The position numbers and the translations under genes were made by a program. Below, piece after piece: positions 1 to 8,501 of a stretch of 64,000 bases of DNA. This stretch comes from Ignavibacteriota bacterium. GTDB taxonomy: Bacteria; Bacteroidota; Ignavibacteria; Palsa-1295. The notes under the pieces were generated by a model. That model made no database searches and had not been told where the DNA came from. It was given only the letters and a program-made list of their open reading frames with translations. Numbering within the stretch: the first letter of the stretch is position 1; every line of letters starts with the position of its first letter. The DNA is taken from NCBI GenBank assembly GCA_963787835.1, contig CAWBEI010000003.1:64001-128000 (forward strand). Reading direction: 5' to 3'.

Positions 1-595
1 TGCCGATGATCGGTTTTGCGAGTGGATGCTTGCCGAAGATCTCTCGTTCGAACAGATCAAAGACGAGTTCATCCGGCTCATCTTCTAATCCATTTATTTC
101 TTCGATAACGACCGCTTTTTCGCTTTCAATATCGCGGGCAGAAAATTTGGGACGTGTTGCAAGATCGAAAAGTACTGAGACGGATTCATCGAGATGCGTG
201 GTGCGGGTCCATGTATAGAAGCAGGTATGCTCTTTGGTGGTGAAGGCATTGAGAAAACCTCCGCGAGATTCAATGGAACGCATGATCTCCCGCATGGTTC
301 GGCCGGCCGTACCTTTGAAGACAACATGCTCGATGAAGTGGGCGATACCATTATTCCGGAGATTTTCATCCCGCGAACCAACTTTCACCCACAGCCCTAC
401 TGCAAGCGATGAGGCACCTGTAACGTGTTCACTCACGACGCGAAGCCCGTTCGGGTATTCCTGCACTTTCACATCGACGGGAGCGATCTCCTCTGGTCGC
501 AGATACCGTGCAACGTCCGGCGCCAGAGCTTTGCGTCTTGAAGAAATGATAACGTTGGAGGATGGAGAGATAAGTTGTCGTTTCTTAGATTTCAA
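1..595 (-). CDS. M16 family (pitrilysin-like) zinc peptidase, runs off the left edge of the window
   Basis: Manual minus-strand translation gives YPNGLRVVSEHV...VKVGSRDE...GIAHFIEHVVFKGT...GGFLNAFTTKEHTCFY...HPLAKPIIG, with the HxxEH motif. The TTG start at 595 is tentative. Not in the ORF track because there is no stop codon in the window. Confidence 0.9.
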   Translation of the reverse strand, partial: MKSKKRQLISPSSNVIISSRRKALAPDVARYLRPEEIAPVDVKVQEYPNGLRVVSEHVTGASSLAVGLWVKVGSRDENLRNNGIAHFIEHVVFKGTAGRTMREIMRSIESRGGFLNAFTTKEHTCFYTWTRTTHLDESVSVLFDLATRPKFSARDIESEKAVVIEEINGLEDEPDELVFDLFEREIFGKHPLAKPIIG

Positions 596-810
596 AAGGT
601 TTTTACTTAAATTCAAAGATAATGCGAACGATAAGATAACAAAAATACGGGTTTATTTGGCCAATCCTTTCAATTCCCAATTTCAATGGGGAAGTAAATT
701 AGGGATATGGCAACAATAACTTAATATACATATAATGGAACCGTATTCTCCTTTTGTCACCCACCTATAGCGATTCGTGTTTATAAATCAGCCCCCCCTC
801 TTGAAAATTT

Positions 811-1755
811 ATGCGAATTGCACACCTTTCAGATTGCCATATCAACCTCAAGTATCACCCGCAGCATTTGCCGCGGTTGCGGAGGGCGCTCGAAGATGCA
901 CTCGAACAAAATGGCGCCGATCATATAGTCATCACAGGCGATCTTACGAGCAATGCGGATGCACGCGATCTGCTGACCACCCGCCGTCTTTTCGAATCGT
1001 TCGGAATCCTGAAGAGCAGCAAACTTACCGTTATTGTTGGCAACCACGATATTTTTGGCGGGCCGCATTTGGCAGATGATGTGCTTTCTTTTCCGGACCG
1101 GTGCCGGAAGTTGGATTTCGATGAAAAAGTCTCGATCTTCCAGGATACCTTTGCAGAGCTTTTTGCAGATACCATTACTATGGATCCGGGTGGGTACCCG
1201 TTTCTAAAACGCATTAAGAATGTGTGCCTGCTTGGATTCAATTCCATTGCCCGATACTCTTTGATACAAAATCCGGTCGGCTCGAACGGTATTATAACAC
1301 CCGAAGCACACCAGCAGACTTTGAAGCTTGCAAAACATCACGCATGGAATACGGCCACATCCAGAGTGGCGCTGCTGCACCACCACACCTTCCGGCCGCG
1401 CGATGTTTCCCATTTAGAGCTTGCCGATGGAATTTCTCGGGGCGGCATTGCCGCGCGGATCGAGCAGCGGACGCTTAAGCTTCATGGCAAACGCCAGCTT
1501 TTCAAGCTCTTTAAGGCGATCGAAGTGGATATGATCATGCACGGACATATTCACTTTACAGGCAACTATGTGCGGGACGGCATTATGTGCTACAATGGCG
1601 GAGGAGCTGTTTTTCCAGTATTTCGTGGCGGAGGGTATTACTACAATTTAATCGAAATTAGCGGAAAAGGGCAAACATGTACGGCGATCAGAGTAGAAAA
1701 AAAGTTAACAAAGCCATTGCAGCAGGATAATATTAAAGCAATGTCAATACTTTAA
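811..1755 (+). CDS. Calcineurin-like metallophosphoesterase (CpdA/Icc-like)
   Basis: Motifs HLSDCH, ITGDLT, VGNHD, LHHH and HGHIH in the expected order. Confidence 0.9.
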   Translation: MRIAHLSDCHINLKYHPQHLPRLRRALEDALEQNGADHIVITGDLTSNADARDLLTTRRLFESFGILKSSKLTVIVGNHDIFGGPHLADDVLSFPDRCRKLDFDEKVSIFQDTFAELFADTITMDPGGYPFLKRIKNVCLLGFNSIARYSLIQNPVGSNGIITPEAHQQTLKLAKHHAWNTATSRVALLHHHTFRPRDVSHLELADGISRGGIAARIEQRTLKLHGKRQLFKLFKAIEVDMIMHGHIHFTGNYVRDGIMCYNGGGAVFPVFRGGGYYYNLIEISGKGQTCTAIRVEKKLTKPLQQDNIKAMSIL

Positions 1756-1782
1756 TTTCGGCTATTCAATAGGAGATCATGT

Positions 1783-1947
1783 ATGCAAAGCATCATTAAA
1801 CACTGGCCATTCTGGCTGCTCGTTTGTATCGCGATCGTGTTCTGCGTCAGCCTGACCGGGAGCGTGCTCCGTTTCCCGCTCGGTCTTGGGCTGCTGCGAT
1901 TCGCTTTCATCGTCAGCGAGCAAGTCTGGACGAAATTCAGGATCTAA
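1783..1947 (+). CDS. Small hydrophobic membrane protein, 54 aa
   Basis: AGGAGA at 1771-1776 before ATG 1783. Translation MQSIIKHWPFWLLVCIAIVFCVSLTGSVLRFPLGLGLLRFAFIVSEQVWTKFRI. The stop overlaps the miaA stop. Confidence 0.5.
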   Translation: MQSIIKHWPFWLLVCIAIVFCVSLTGSVLRFPLGLGLLRFAFIVSEQVWTKFRI

Positions 1948-2813
1948 CTATATTTTCTCATCCACGTCACTTGCCGTTTAGCATACTGACGGGTTCGAAA
2001 AATGATGCGTTCGCGCGCGTCCTCGAGTTTGTTCTTGCCTTCAACAACGTCATATAGCTCCCGATACCCGATGGCACGCGTAGCCGGCATTTTGCGTGTA
2101 ATCCCCAGTTGTATCAGTCCCCTGACTTCATCCATCCAACCGTTACTCAGCATATCGCTCACGCGAGCTTCTATTCTTTGCCAAAGTTCCGAACGCGGGA
2201 ATGATAATAACTTAAACTCCGGTGTGTATTCAAATGGCTCGGGCTTCCGCTTTCTTGTTTCGCCTAATGGTTCACCCGTAGCATAATAATGCGCCCATGC
2301 CCGTTCTAAGCGAATGGGATTTCGCTCCCGTTGTATCTGCGAGTATAGTTCTGGGTCGATGGAGCTAAGTTGCTCGTGCATGGCATCGAATCCCTTTTCA
2401 GATATATCTCTCTGTGCTCGCGTTCGTGCAATTGAGAGTTCTTCTTCGGGAATTTCAATGGAAGAAATGCCATCGAATAACGCATCGATATAAAACCCTG
2501 TACCGCCAACGACAACCGGAGTTTTATCACGCGAAATAATTTCCCGGATAACTTCGCGGGCGCGTTTGCTGTATTCTGCGGCGCTGAACTGCTCGTTCGG
2601 GTCTAAAATATCAATGAGATGATGCGGGATCTCGGCAAGGATTTCTTTGAATGGTTTGGCAGTGCCAATATCGAAACCGCGATACAGAAGCGAGGCATCG
2701 GCATTAACGATCTCGATGCGCGGATCGGAGCGAGCAAGACCCAGCGCAACTTCGGTTTTGCCGGAAGCGGTTGGGCCGGTGATGACTAATATTTTTTCTT
2801 GCACTTTAATCAA
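1944..2813 (-). CDS. miaA: tRNA dimethylallyltransferase
   Basis: GPTASGKT, DIGTAKP, PHHLIDI, VGGTGFY, TRQYAKRQVTW. Confidence 0.97.
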   Translation of the reverse strand: MIKVQEKILVITGPTASGKTEVALGLARSDPRIEIVNADASLLYRGFDIGTAKPFKEILAEIPHHLIDILDPNEQFSAAEYSKRAREVIREIISRDKTPVVVGGTGFYIDALFDGISSIEIPEEELSIARTRAQRDISEKGFDAMHEQLSSIDPELYSQIQRERNPIRLERAWAHYYATGEPLGETRKRKPEPFEYTPEFKLLSFPRSELWQRIEARVSDMLSNGWMDEVRGLIQLGITRKMPATRAIGYRELYDVVEGKNKLEDARERIIFRTRQYAKRQVTWMRKYS

Positions 2814-2914
2814 ACCCTATTATAATCAGGGAAAACCCTCACTCTCAAATTAAAGCAAGGGTAATAGGTCGGTTTGAATTCATTTTATTTTTGATATTTA
2901 TATATCTCAAAGCG

Positions 2915-3421
2915 CTAATGCTTTACATGACCAGGCATACGAAAACTACAATTGTCGCAACCCTCATGATTGCCCGTATACCACATCATAAGTTCCTCTA
3001 TTCTTCGTTTTGTAATAGCATCTCTGTATTCATCTTCCTCTATATAGTAATAATATCGCTGTGGGGCTGATTCAACATTCCAATTATGCGGATAAGGAAG
3101 CATAGCACCGAGTTCGGCATCTCGATATGTCAACCATGCATCCTCCGCGAGTTTGAACTTTCGAATAAAGCTGGTATCATCTCTATAATCGTTTAGAATA
3201 GCTCGATACACAAAATTCAATGTTGAATCCATTTGCTTACGGTATTCGGCTGCCTCTAACGTCAAGTTCAAGTCAGTGGTCAATAACGTGTCAGTCCAAT
3301 CTGGAGGTATAATCGAATCGGCGCTTTGGGCTATTAGCCGAAAGTCATGGACAGGTGCCTGTGCTCTTGAAACTGATGGACTAACAACGCATAAAATGAG
3401 AAAAGCGAATAATGTTTTCAT
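2915..3421 (-). CDS. Secreted LprI/DUF1311-like protein
   Basis: Signal peptide MKTLFAFLILCVV...RAQ. MDSTLNFVYRAIL...KLAEDAWLTYRDAE resembles the LprI family helix pattern. Confidence 0.6.
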   Translation of the reverse strand: MKTLFAFLILCVVSPSVSRAQAPVHDFRLIAQSADSIIPPDWTDTLLTTDLNLTLEAAEYRKQMDSTLNFVYRAILNDYRDDTSFIRKFKLAEDAWLTYRDAELGAMLPYPHNWNVESAPQRYYYYIEEDEYRDAITKRRIEELMMWYTGNHEGCDNCSFRMPGHVKH

Positions 3422-3482
3422 GCTTACAAAAATACATCCCATAACCCGCTGATCTTCAATATTCTGAAAATCATGGTTCGGA

Positions 3483-4148
3483 CTAGGCAGCCCACCCCTC
3501 AGCTCCGATCAGCGGCACGAATGCGAACGTGGTAAGTTCCTCGCCGGAAAAATCATCGCAATTGCGTGTGATGAGATACATTTTCTGATTTTGCCTTCCA
3601 CCAATAGGAATGATGAGCCTTCCGCCATTCGGGTTTAGCTGTTTGGTGAGCGATTCCGGCACGTCCGGCGCGCCGGCGGTTACGAGAATAGCATCGAACG
3701 GAGCATACTCCGGCCATCCGCGCGTGCCATCGCCTGCGCGGGAAATAATGCGGTGATACCCAAGCGCCTCCAGCCGCTTGCGCGCAGATTCTAATAGTTC
3801 GACATGGCGCTCGATGGTAAACACACGAACCCCCATCTGTGCAAGTATTGCCGTTTGGTAGCCGGAGCCGGTTCCAATTTCAAGAACTTTATCTCCCGGC
3901 TTTAGCTGCAACGCCTGCGTTTGATAGGCTACGGTATAAGGCTGCGAAATTGTTTGTCCTTCGCCGATTGGCAAGGCGGAATCCTCATACGCACGAGCGG
4001 CAAAAGTGCGGTCGAGAAAACGCTCGCGTGGAACTGCGGCTAAGGCTTCGAGCACTCGCTCGTCGGTGATCCCGCGCGAGCGTAGATCTGCAACGAGCGA
4101 TTGGCGGTTCTCTGAGACAAGTCCAGGATGTGGTGTTTGTAAATTCAA
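3483..4148 (-). CDS. pcm: Protein-L-isoaspartate O-methyltransferase
   Basis: VPRERF, AYEDSALPIGEGQTISQP, VLEIGTGSGY, APFDAILVTAG, FVPLIG. Confidence 0.96.
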   Translation of the reverse strand: MNLQTPHPGLVSENRQSLVADLRSRGITDERVLEALAAVPRERFLDRTFAARAYEDSALPIGEGQTISQPYTVAYQTQALQLKPGDKVLEIGTGSGYQTAILAQMGVRVFTIERHVELLESARKRLEALGYHRIISRAGDGTRGWPEYAPFDAILVTAGAPDVPESLTKQLNPNGGRLIIPIGGRQNQKMYLITRNCDDFSGEELTTFAFVPLIGAEGWAA

Positions 4149-4179
4149 GTATCTACTCTGATTACGTTAGTTTTTTCTC

Positions 4180-4319
4180 GTCATTGCGAGGAAAGCGAAT
4201 CGACCGAAGGGAGATTCGCTTGACGAAGCAATCCGTTGATTTCGACGACGGATTGCTTCCCTCGATTCCTCGGGACCGGATTTTTCTCCCTTCGGTCGAA
4301 AAACCCTCCTCGCAATGAC
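4180..4319. repeat. Palindromic RPE/REP-like element, copy 1 (GTCATTGCGAGG...CCTCGCAATGAC)
   Basis: Perfect terminal inverted repeat and an internal GAAGCAATC/GATTGCTTC stem. Second copy at 62527-62654. Confidence 0.85.
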
Positions 4320-4359
4320 ATCGTAGGAGATGGAATCGGAGTTCTCTTCACTAAATATA

Positions 4360-5205
4360 CTATCTATCAAATGCTTCCCTTGCTTCGAGCGCGTAATCGC
4401 GGGTTACTTTCGCTTCCTGACTCGATTGCTTCGTATTAGCTACACCGGTGATGGCGCTGGCCAACCGCGACCGCATTTCTTCCGGCGTCAGATTCATTGC
4501 AAGCCTGCCGGATTGCGCCAGCGCGAGCTGCCCGGTTTCCTCGCTGACGACCAGCGCGACCACATCCGCCTGTTCCGAAATTCCGAGCGCGGCGCGATGA
4601 CGAGTTCCCAACATTCGCTGACCGATGCGCTCTACACCCGAAAGCGGCAGCGTGCATCGCGCGGCTTCGATATAACGGTCTTTAATGACCACCGCCCCAT
4701 CATGCAGCGGCCCTTTTCGATTGAATATAGAGACTAATAATTCTTTTGAAATGATCGCGCGGATCGGAAGACCGGTATCGACAAAAAGCTTAATATCGGT
4801 CGTGCGAATGATAACGATGAGCGCTCCTTCGCCACGCTGGCGTATTTCTTCCAGTGCGCTTACAATAAGATCGGCATATTCATTGACATCGAATCGAATG
4901 AAGAATTTTATTACTGGATTTCGACCGAGAAATAACAGGAGCCTCCGCAGTTCCGGTTGAAATAATACAATCAGCGCGATAACCCAAATATCGGTGAGCG
5001 TTTTGAGAAGCCATGAGAGTGCCTTCATATCTGCGGCACGAGCGATCAACGAGCCAGCGATCACGATCAACAACCCGAGAAATATTTGCGCGGCGATAGT
5101 CCCGCGCATTGCAACATATAATCGAAAGAATAAGAATGAGACCAGGAGAACATCTATCACGTCCATCCATGTCACCGTCAAAAATCCGAAATGGAATAGC
5201 TCCAT
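4360..5205 (-). CDS. dacA: Membrane diadenylate cyclase CdaA/DacA
   Basis: Three N-terminal TM helices, LFQPELRR, PLHDGAVVI, GTRHRAALGISE, VVSEETG. Confidence 0.95.
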   Translation of the reverse strand: MELFHFGFLTVTWMDVIDVLLVSFLFFRLYVAMRGTIAAQIFLGLLIVIAGSLIARAADMKALSWLLKTLTDIWVIALIVLFQPELRRLLLFLGRNPVIKFFIRFDVNEYADLIVSALEEIRQRGEGALIVIIRTTDIKLFVDTGLPIRAIISKELLVSIFNRKGPLHDGAVVIKDRYIEAARCTLPLSGVERIGQRMLGTRHRAALGISEQADVVALVVSEETGQLALAQSGRLAMNLTPEEMRSRLASAITGVANTKQSSQEAKVTRDYALEAREAFDR

Positions 5206-5214
5206 AAAAAAGGC

Positions 5215-6252
5215 CTACGATTTGTCCCGCTCCCTGGTAGGAAATGGAAGAAACTCTGTGCGTTCGGTTGCCATTTCTTCATCGCCGCCATGCCCGGGAC
5301 GCGCATGGAATTTTTCGTAGGCTTCGATGATATCTTTCACTAATTTATGGCGCACCACATCGCCTTTGTTGAAATAGACGAAGCGAATGCCCTGCACATC
5401 ATTAAGCACATTTTGGATCTGAATCAGCCCCGATTGGCTGCGCGATGGAAGATCGACCTGGGTTTGATCGCCGGTGATAATGGCCTTCGAGCCGGTGCCG
5501 AGGCGGGTGAGGAACATCTTCATTTGCATCGGAGTGGCATTTTGCGCTTCATCCAAAATAACGAATGCACTGTTGATCGTTCTGCCACGCATATAGGCCA
5601 ACGGCACGACCTCGATGGTTCCCTTTTCAATATAGGTCTTCACTTTCTCGCCGGTCAGCATCTCTTGCAAAGCATCGTAAAGGGGTCGCAGATAGGGATC
5701 GACCTTCTGGGCCAAATCGCCCGGTAGAAATCCGAGGCTCTCCCCTGCTTCCACCGCCGGGCGCGCCAGTACAATTCTGTTTACTTCCCGATTCTTTAAA
5801 GCAGATACTGCCATCGCTACAGCAAGATAGGTCTTCCCGGTTCCGGCAGGGCCGATGGCAAATACGATGTCATTCTTTTTTACGGCTTGATAGTACTCCT
5901 TTTGTGTGGGAGTTTTTGCTTTAATCGCATCATGATGTGCGAAGAGAATAACGGAATCCAGTTCCTCACCGCCCATACCTTCGGGTGGCCCGGTCTCGAT
6001 GAGATCGAGGACGGAGGAAACGTCACGCGAGGAAAGCTTCCCGGCTTTGGAAAGCACGAACGATAGCTCCTTAAACACCCGCTCGATCTGGGAGACTTCG
6101 TTCGGAGCACCGTGAACGATGATGGTATCGCCGCGAGCTACAATGCTGGCATCGAACTTTTGCTCGATGAGTTGAAGATATTGATCGCCCGGACCGAGAA
6201 TACTCATCGGGTCGCCGGGAGAAAGCCTGATCTTACGCTCTATTACTTCCAA
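5215..6252 (-). CDS. phoH: PhoH family ATPase
   Basis: GPAGTGKTYLA, RPAVEAGESLGFLPGDL, PLAYMRGRT, LDEAQN, VVRH. Confidence 0.95.
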   Translation of the reverse strand: MEVIERKIRLSPGDPMSILGPGDQYLQLIEQKFDASIVARGDTIIVHGAPNEVSQIERVFKELSFVLSKAGKLSSRDVSSVLDLIETGPPEGMGGEELDSVILFAHHDAIKAKTPTQKEYYQAVKKNDIVFAIGPAGTGKTYLAVAMAVSALKNREVNRIVLARPAVEAGESLGFLPGDLAQKVDPYLRPLYDALQEMLTGEKVKTYIEKGTIEVVPLAYMRGRTINSAFVILDEAQNATPMQMKMFLTRLGTGSKAIITGDQTQVDLPSRSQSGLIQIQNVLNDVQGIRFVYFNKGDVVRHKLVKDIIEAYEKFHARPGHGGDEEMATERTEFLPFPTRERDKS

Positions 6253-6281
6253 GAAATATAGTTTGTTCTAAAATCGTGACC

Positions 6282-6325
6282 AAAAACAAAAATCGTCCTT
6301 TCTGCAACAGCAGAAAGGACGATTT
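6282..6325 (-). terminator. Rho-independent terminator after the LysM gene
   Basis: 16-bp stem AAATCGTCCTTTCTGC/GCAGAAAGGACGATTT with a 4-nt loop, followed by a T-rich tail on the minus strand. Confidence 0.8.
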
Positions 6326-6347
6326 CAATGCCCTAATTAGTTAGGAA

Positions 6348-7091
6348 TCAATTTGTGCTTGCATGCACCCGGCGATGACGGTATCCTGTGAGATCTTTAT
6401 CCTCCGGCGTGATCGGCGACTTGAGAATCGAGAGCTGCATACCGGGCTGGATAATATCCGGATTATGGATCAACTCCTGATTGGCATGCCAGATCTTTGG
6501 CCACGCGAACGGATCGTTATATATCTCGGGCTTCTTTGCAATGTTCCAGAGGCAGTCGCGATCCTTGCGCCAGGTACCCACAGTGTAGGTCATATTGGCC
6601 GGAGTCATACCATGCTTCATTTGCATGAAGTTAGTCGAAAGCGTTTGAACGCGCTGTTTGTGATCCGGGATCAGAACCAGCTTATTGCCGCGAAGCATAC
6701 GAATCTGTGCTTCGAGAGCATCGACGCGAGCTTTATTATCATTAAGCTGACCGTTGTTCATCTGGCGAAGCGAAGCAAGCTCCTGCTCATCGCGGGCGAT
6801 CTGCTCACGATAAGCATTGTAGCCGTTACGATCGCTGCCAAGCATGGCATAGAGCGCATCACGGCATTGTGTGTTATCCGCCATCCGTTGCTGAACATCC
6901 GAAGCAGCCTTTTGAGCATTCGCCTGCGCGGTTGCTACATCAGTCTTCAAGCCAGCAACTTCTGCCGTGCGGAATTTGATCGTCGAATCCGCTTGATCTT
7001 TTGTGAAATCCTGCGGGTATTGAGCATGAGCTGTTGCACCGATAAGGAGCGCGACGCCAAGCATCAGAATAGTTTTTGTGATGTTTTTCAT
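6348..7091 (-). CDS. Secreted coiled-coil protein with C-terminal LysM domain
   Basis: Signal peptide (...ATAHA-Q), helical coiled-coil body, LysM-like YTVGTWRKDRDCLWNIAKKPEIYNDPFAWPKIWHANQELIHNPDIIQPG. Confidence 0.85.
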   Translation of the reverse strand: MKNITKTILMLGVALLIGATAHAQYPQDFTKDQADSTIKFRTAEVAGLKTDVATAQANAQKAASDVQQRMADNTQCRDALYAMLGSDRNGYNAYREQIARDEQELASLRQMNNGQLNDNKARVDALEAQIRMLRGNKLVLIPDHKQRVQTLSTNFMQMKHGMTPANMTYTVGTWRKDRDCLWNIAKKPEIYNDPFAWPKIWHANQELIHNPDIIQPGMQLSILKSPITPEDKDLTGYRHRRVHASTN

Positions 7092-7109
7092 GGTGTGTTC
7101 CTCCTTGAT

Positions 7110-7457
7110 TTACTGTTTCATCATCATTTTATCGCCAGCGGCAGGTGGGGGCATTACGCGCCAGTCAGCGCTATCCGGCCACACATTCGGCCACATTGCA
7201 AGGCCCGCCTGGGCAGCCTTCGTATCCGACTGGCAATCGGCCAGGTCGCGATCGGCGCTTGCTAATTTGCCCTGGGAATCCCGAAGATTGTCCTGAGCAT
7301 GCTGCAAGTCCATTTTCAATTGATCGCGCTGTTGATCGAGATCGTGCAGCGTTTTCATTTGCTCTTCCGTCGCTTTGTTCGAGCAACTCGTTACCAGGGG
7401 CGCAAGACCGAGCGCGGCAATGGCGACGAAAGAGCGAAGGGTTCGTGTTCGTATCAT
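7110..7457 (-). CDS. Small coiled-coil lipoprotein
   Basis: Basic n-region, hydrophobic stretch, lipobox LVTS-C, heptad-patterned helix. Lies 18 nt upstream of the LysM gene. Confidence 0.8.
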   Translation of the reverse strand: MIRTRTLRSFVAIAALGLAPLVTSCSNKATEEQMKTLHDLDQQRDQLKMDLQHAQDNLRDSQGKLASADRDLADCQSDTKAAQAGLAMWPNVWPDSADWRVMPPPAAGDKMMMKQ

Positions 7458-7542
7458 AAGGCTCTTTGTGTTTAGCGTGATTCCAAAACGTCCTCTGGCC
7501 TCTTTTTTAAGGTGTCAGAGGTATGTATAGTTCTAATGATTA

Positions 7543-7550
7543 CAAATATA
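7543..7550 (-). promoter_or_regulatory. Putative TAnnTTTG (-7) promoter element for the lipoprotein-LysM operon
   Basis: TATATTTG on the minus strand about 85 nt upstream of ATG 7457. The same octamer precedes the genes at 38920 and 50238. Confidence 0.45.
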
Positions 7551-7738
7551 ACTCTTTTTTCACCCTGACAGATGAATTCCGGTATTCATTAATTGATATT
7601 TAACATTCAAAATACGCATAATTGACGGTGCTCGCTTGAATGAACAGTTTATAACAAATAGCAAATTATGGGCCAAAAAACGGGAGGTGATATTATCCGC
7701 CATCCCGTTTCTACAACAGCCTTCAAATAAGGAGCCGA

Positions 7739-8173
7739 TTACTCGATTCTTCCATATTCCTCATACCACTCGTCGATCCTGATCTGTATCTCATCACGGA
7801 CTTGCCGCGTTCGTTCGAGTTTTTCTTCCCATGTACCTTCAAAGGTCGCGGGGTCGTGGAGGCTCCAATGCAACCGTACCACTCCGCCAGGAAAGACTGG
7901 ACAGTGTTCGCCATTGCTATCATCACACACAGTGATAACGTGTGAAAAGAGTCTCCCATTTCGATACAGCTCCCACGCATCCTGCGTCTCTTTGCCCGAA
8001 ATATCGATATCCCATTCCTTTAGCACCTCGATCGCTAACGGGTTGATCGTCCCTTCTTTCAGCCCGGCACTTTCAGAACGAACTGTGTCGCCATAGGATC
8101 GGCGCATAAGTTCCTCCGCGATCTGGCTTCTGGCACTATTGTGGGAGCATATAAAAAGTACGTGATTCTGCAT
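7739..8173 (-). CDS. arsC: Arsenate reductase, LMW-PTP/thioredoxin-coupled family
   Basis: FICSHNSARSQIAE, VITVCD, CPVFPG, HWSLHDP. Confidence 0.88.
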   Translation of the reverse strand: MQNHVLFICSHNSARSQIAEELMRRSYGDTVRSESAGLKEGTINPLAIEVLKEWDIDISGKETQDAWELYRNGRLFSHVITVCDDSNGEHCPVFPGGVVRLHWSLHDPATFEGTWEEKLERTRQVRDEIQIRIDEWYEEYGRIE

Positions 8174-8501
8174 AAATTACTTCCAACGAATGAAAAAGAT
8201 TGATAAATGACAACGTTCGAACCGCCTATGTCAAAGGTGAATTGAGCGAAAGTCCGTAAAAATAAAAGTACCAACAACGTGGGACATAAATTATAGAACT
8301 ATTATGCAATGATTAAAACTCCGTGCAATGCGTGTTTTTCATTATTTTTTATTGAAATTTTTCTCTTCAATACCATTATTATGAATAAAAAATGCCGTCC
8401 AGGTGAAATTCTACAGTTGCTGACCTGAGCCAAGAGTTAATGCACTTTTCACCCGTGGTCTAATGTTTATGGGATGAGATAGAAAAACCCCTCTCCTGAC
8501 T

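Noticed and set aside
6-719. ORF-track calls at the window start
   Set aside because: Alternative-frame or antisense shadows of the truncated M16 peptidase gene
6363-7265. 300-aa plus-strand ORF
   Set aside because: Antisense shadow of the LysM and lipoprotein genes with no recognisable motifs
8174-8501. Possible riboswitch or ncRNA between arsC and the malic enzyme gene
   Set aside because: An AT-rich divergent promoter region with no recognisable aptamer consensus
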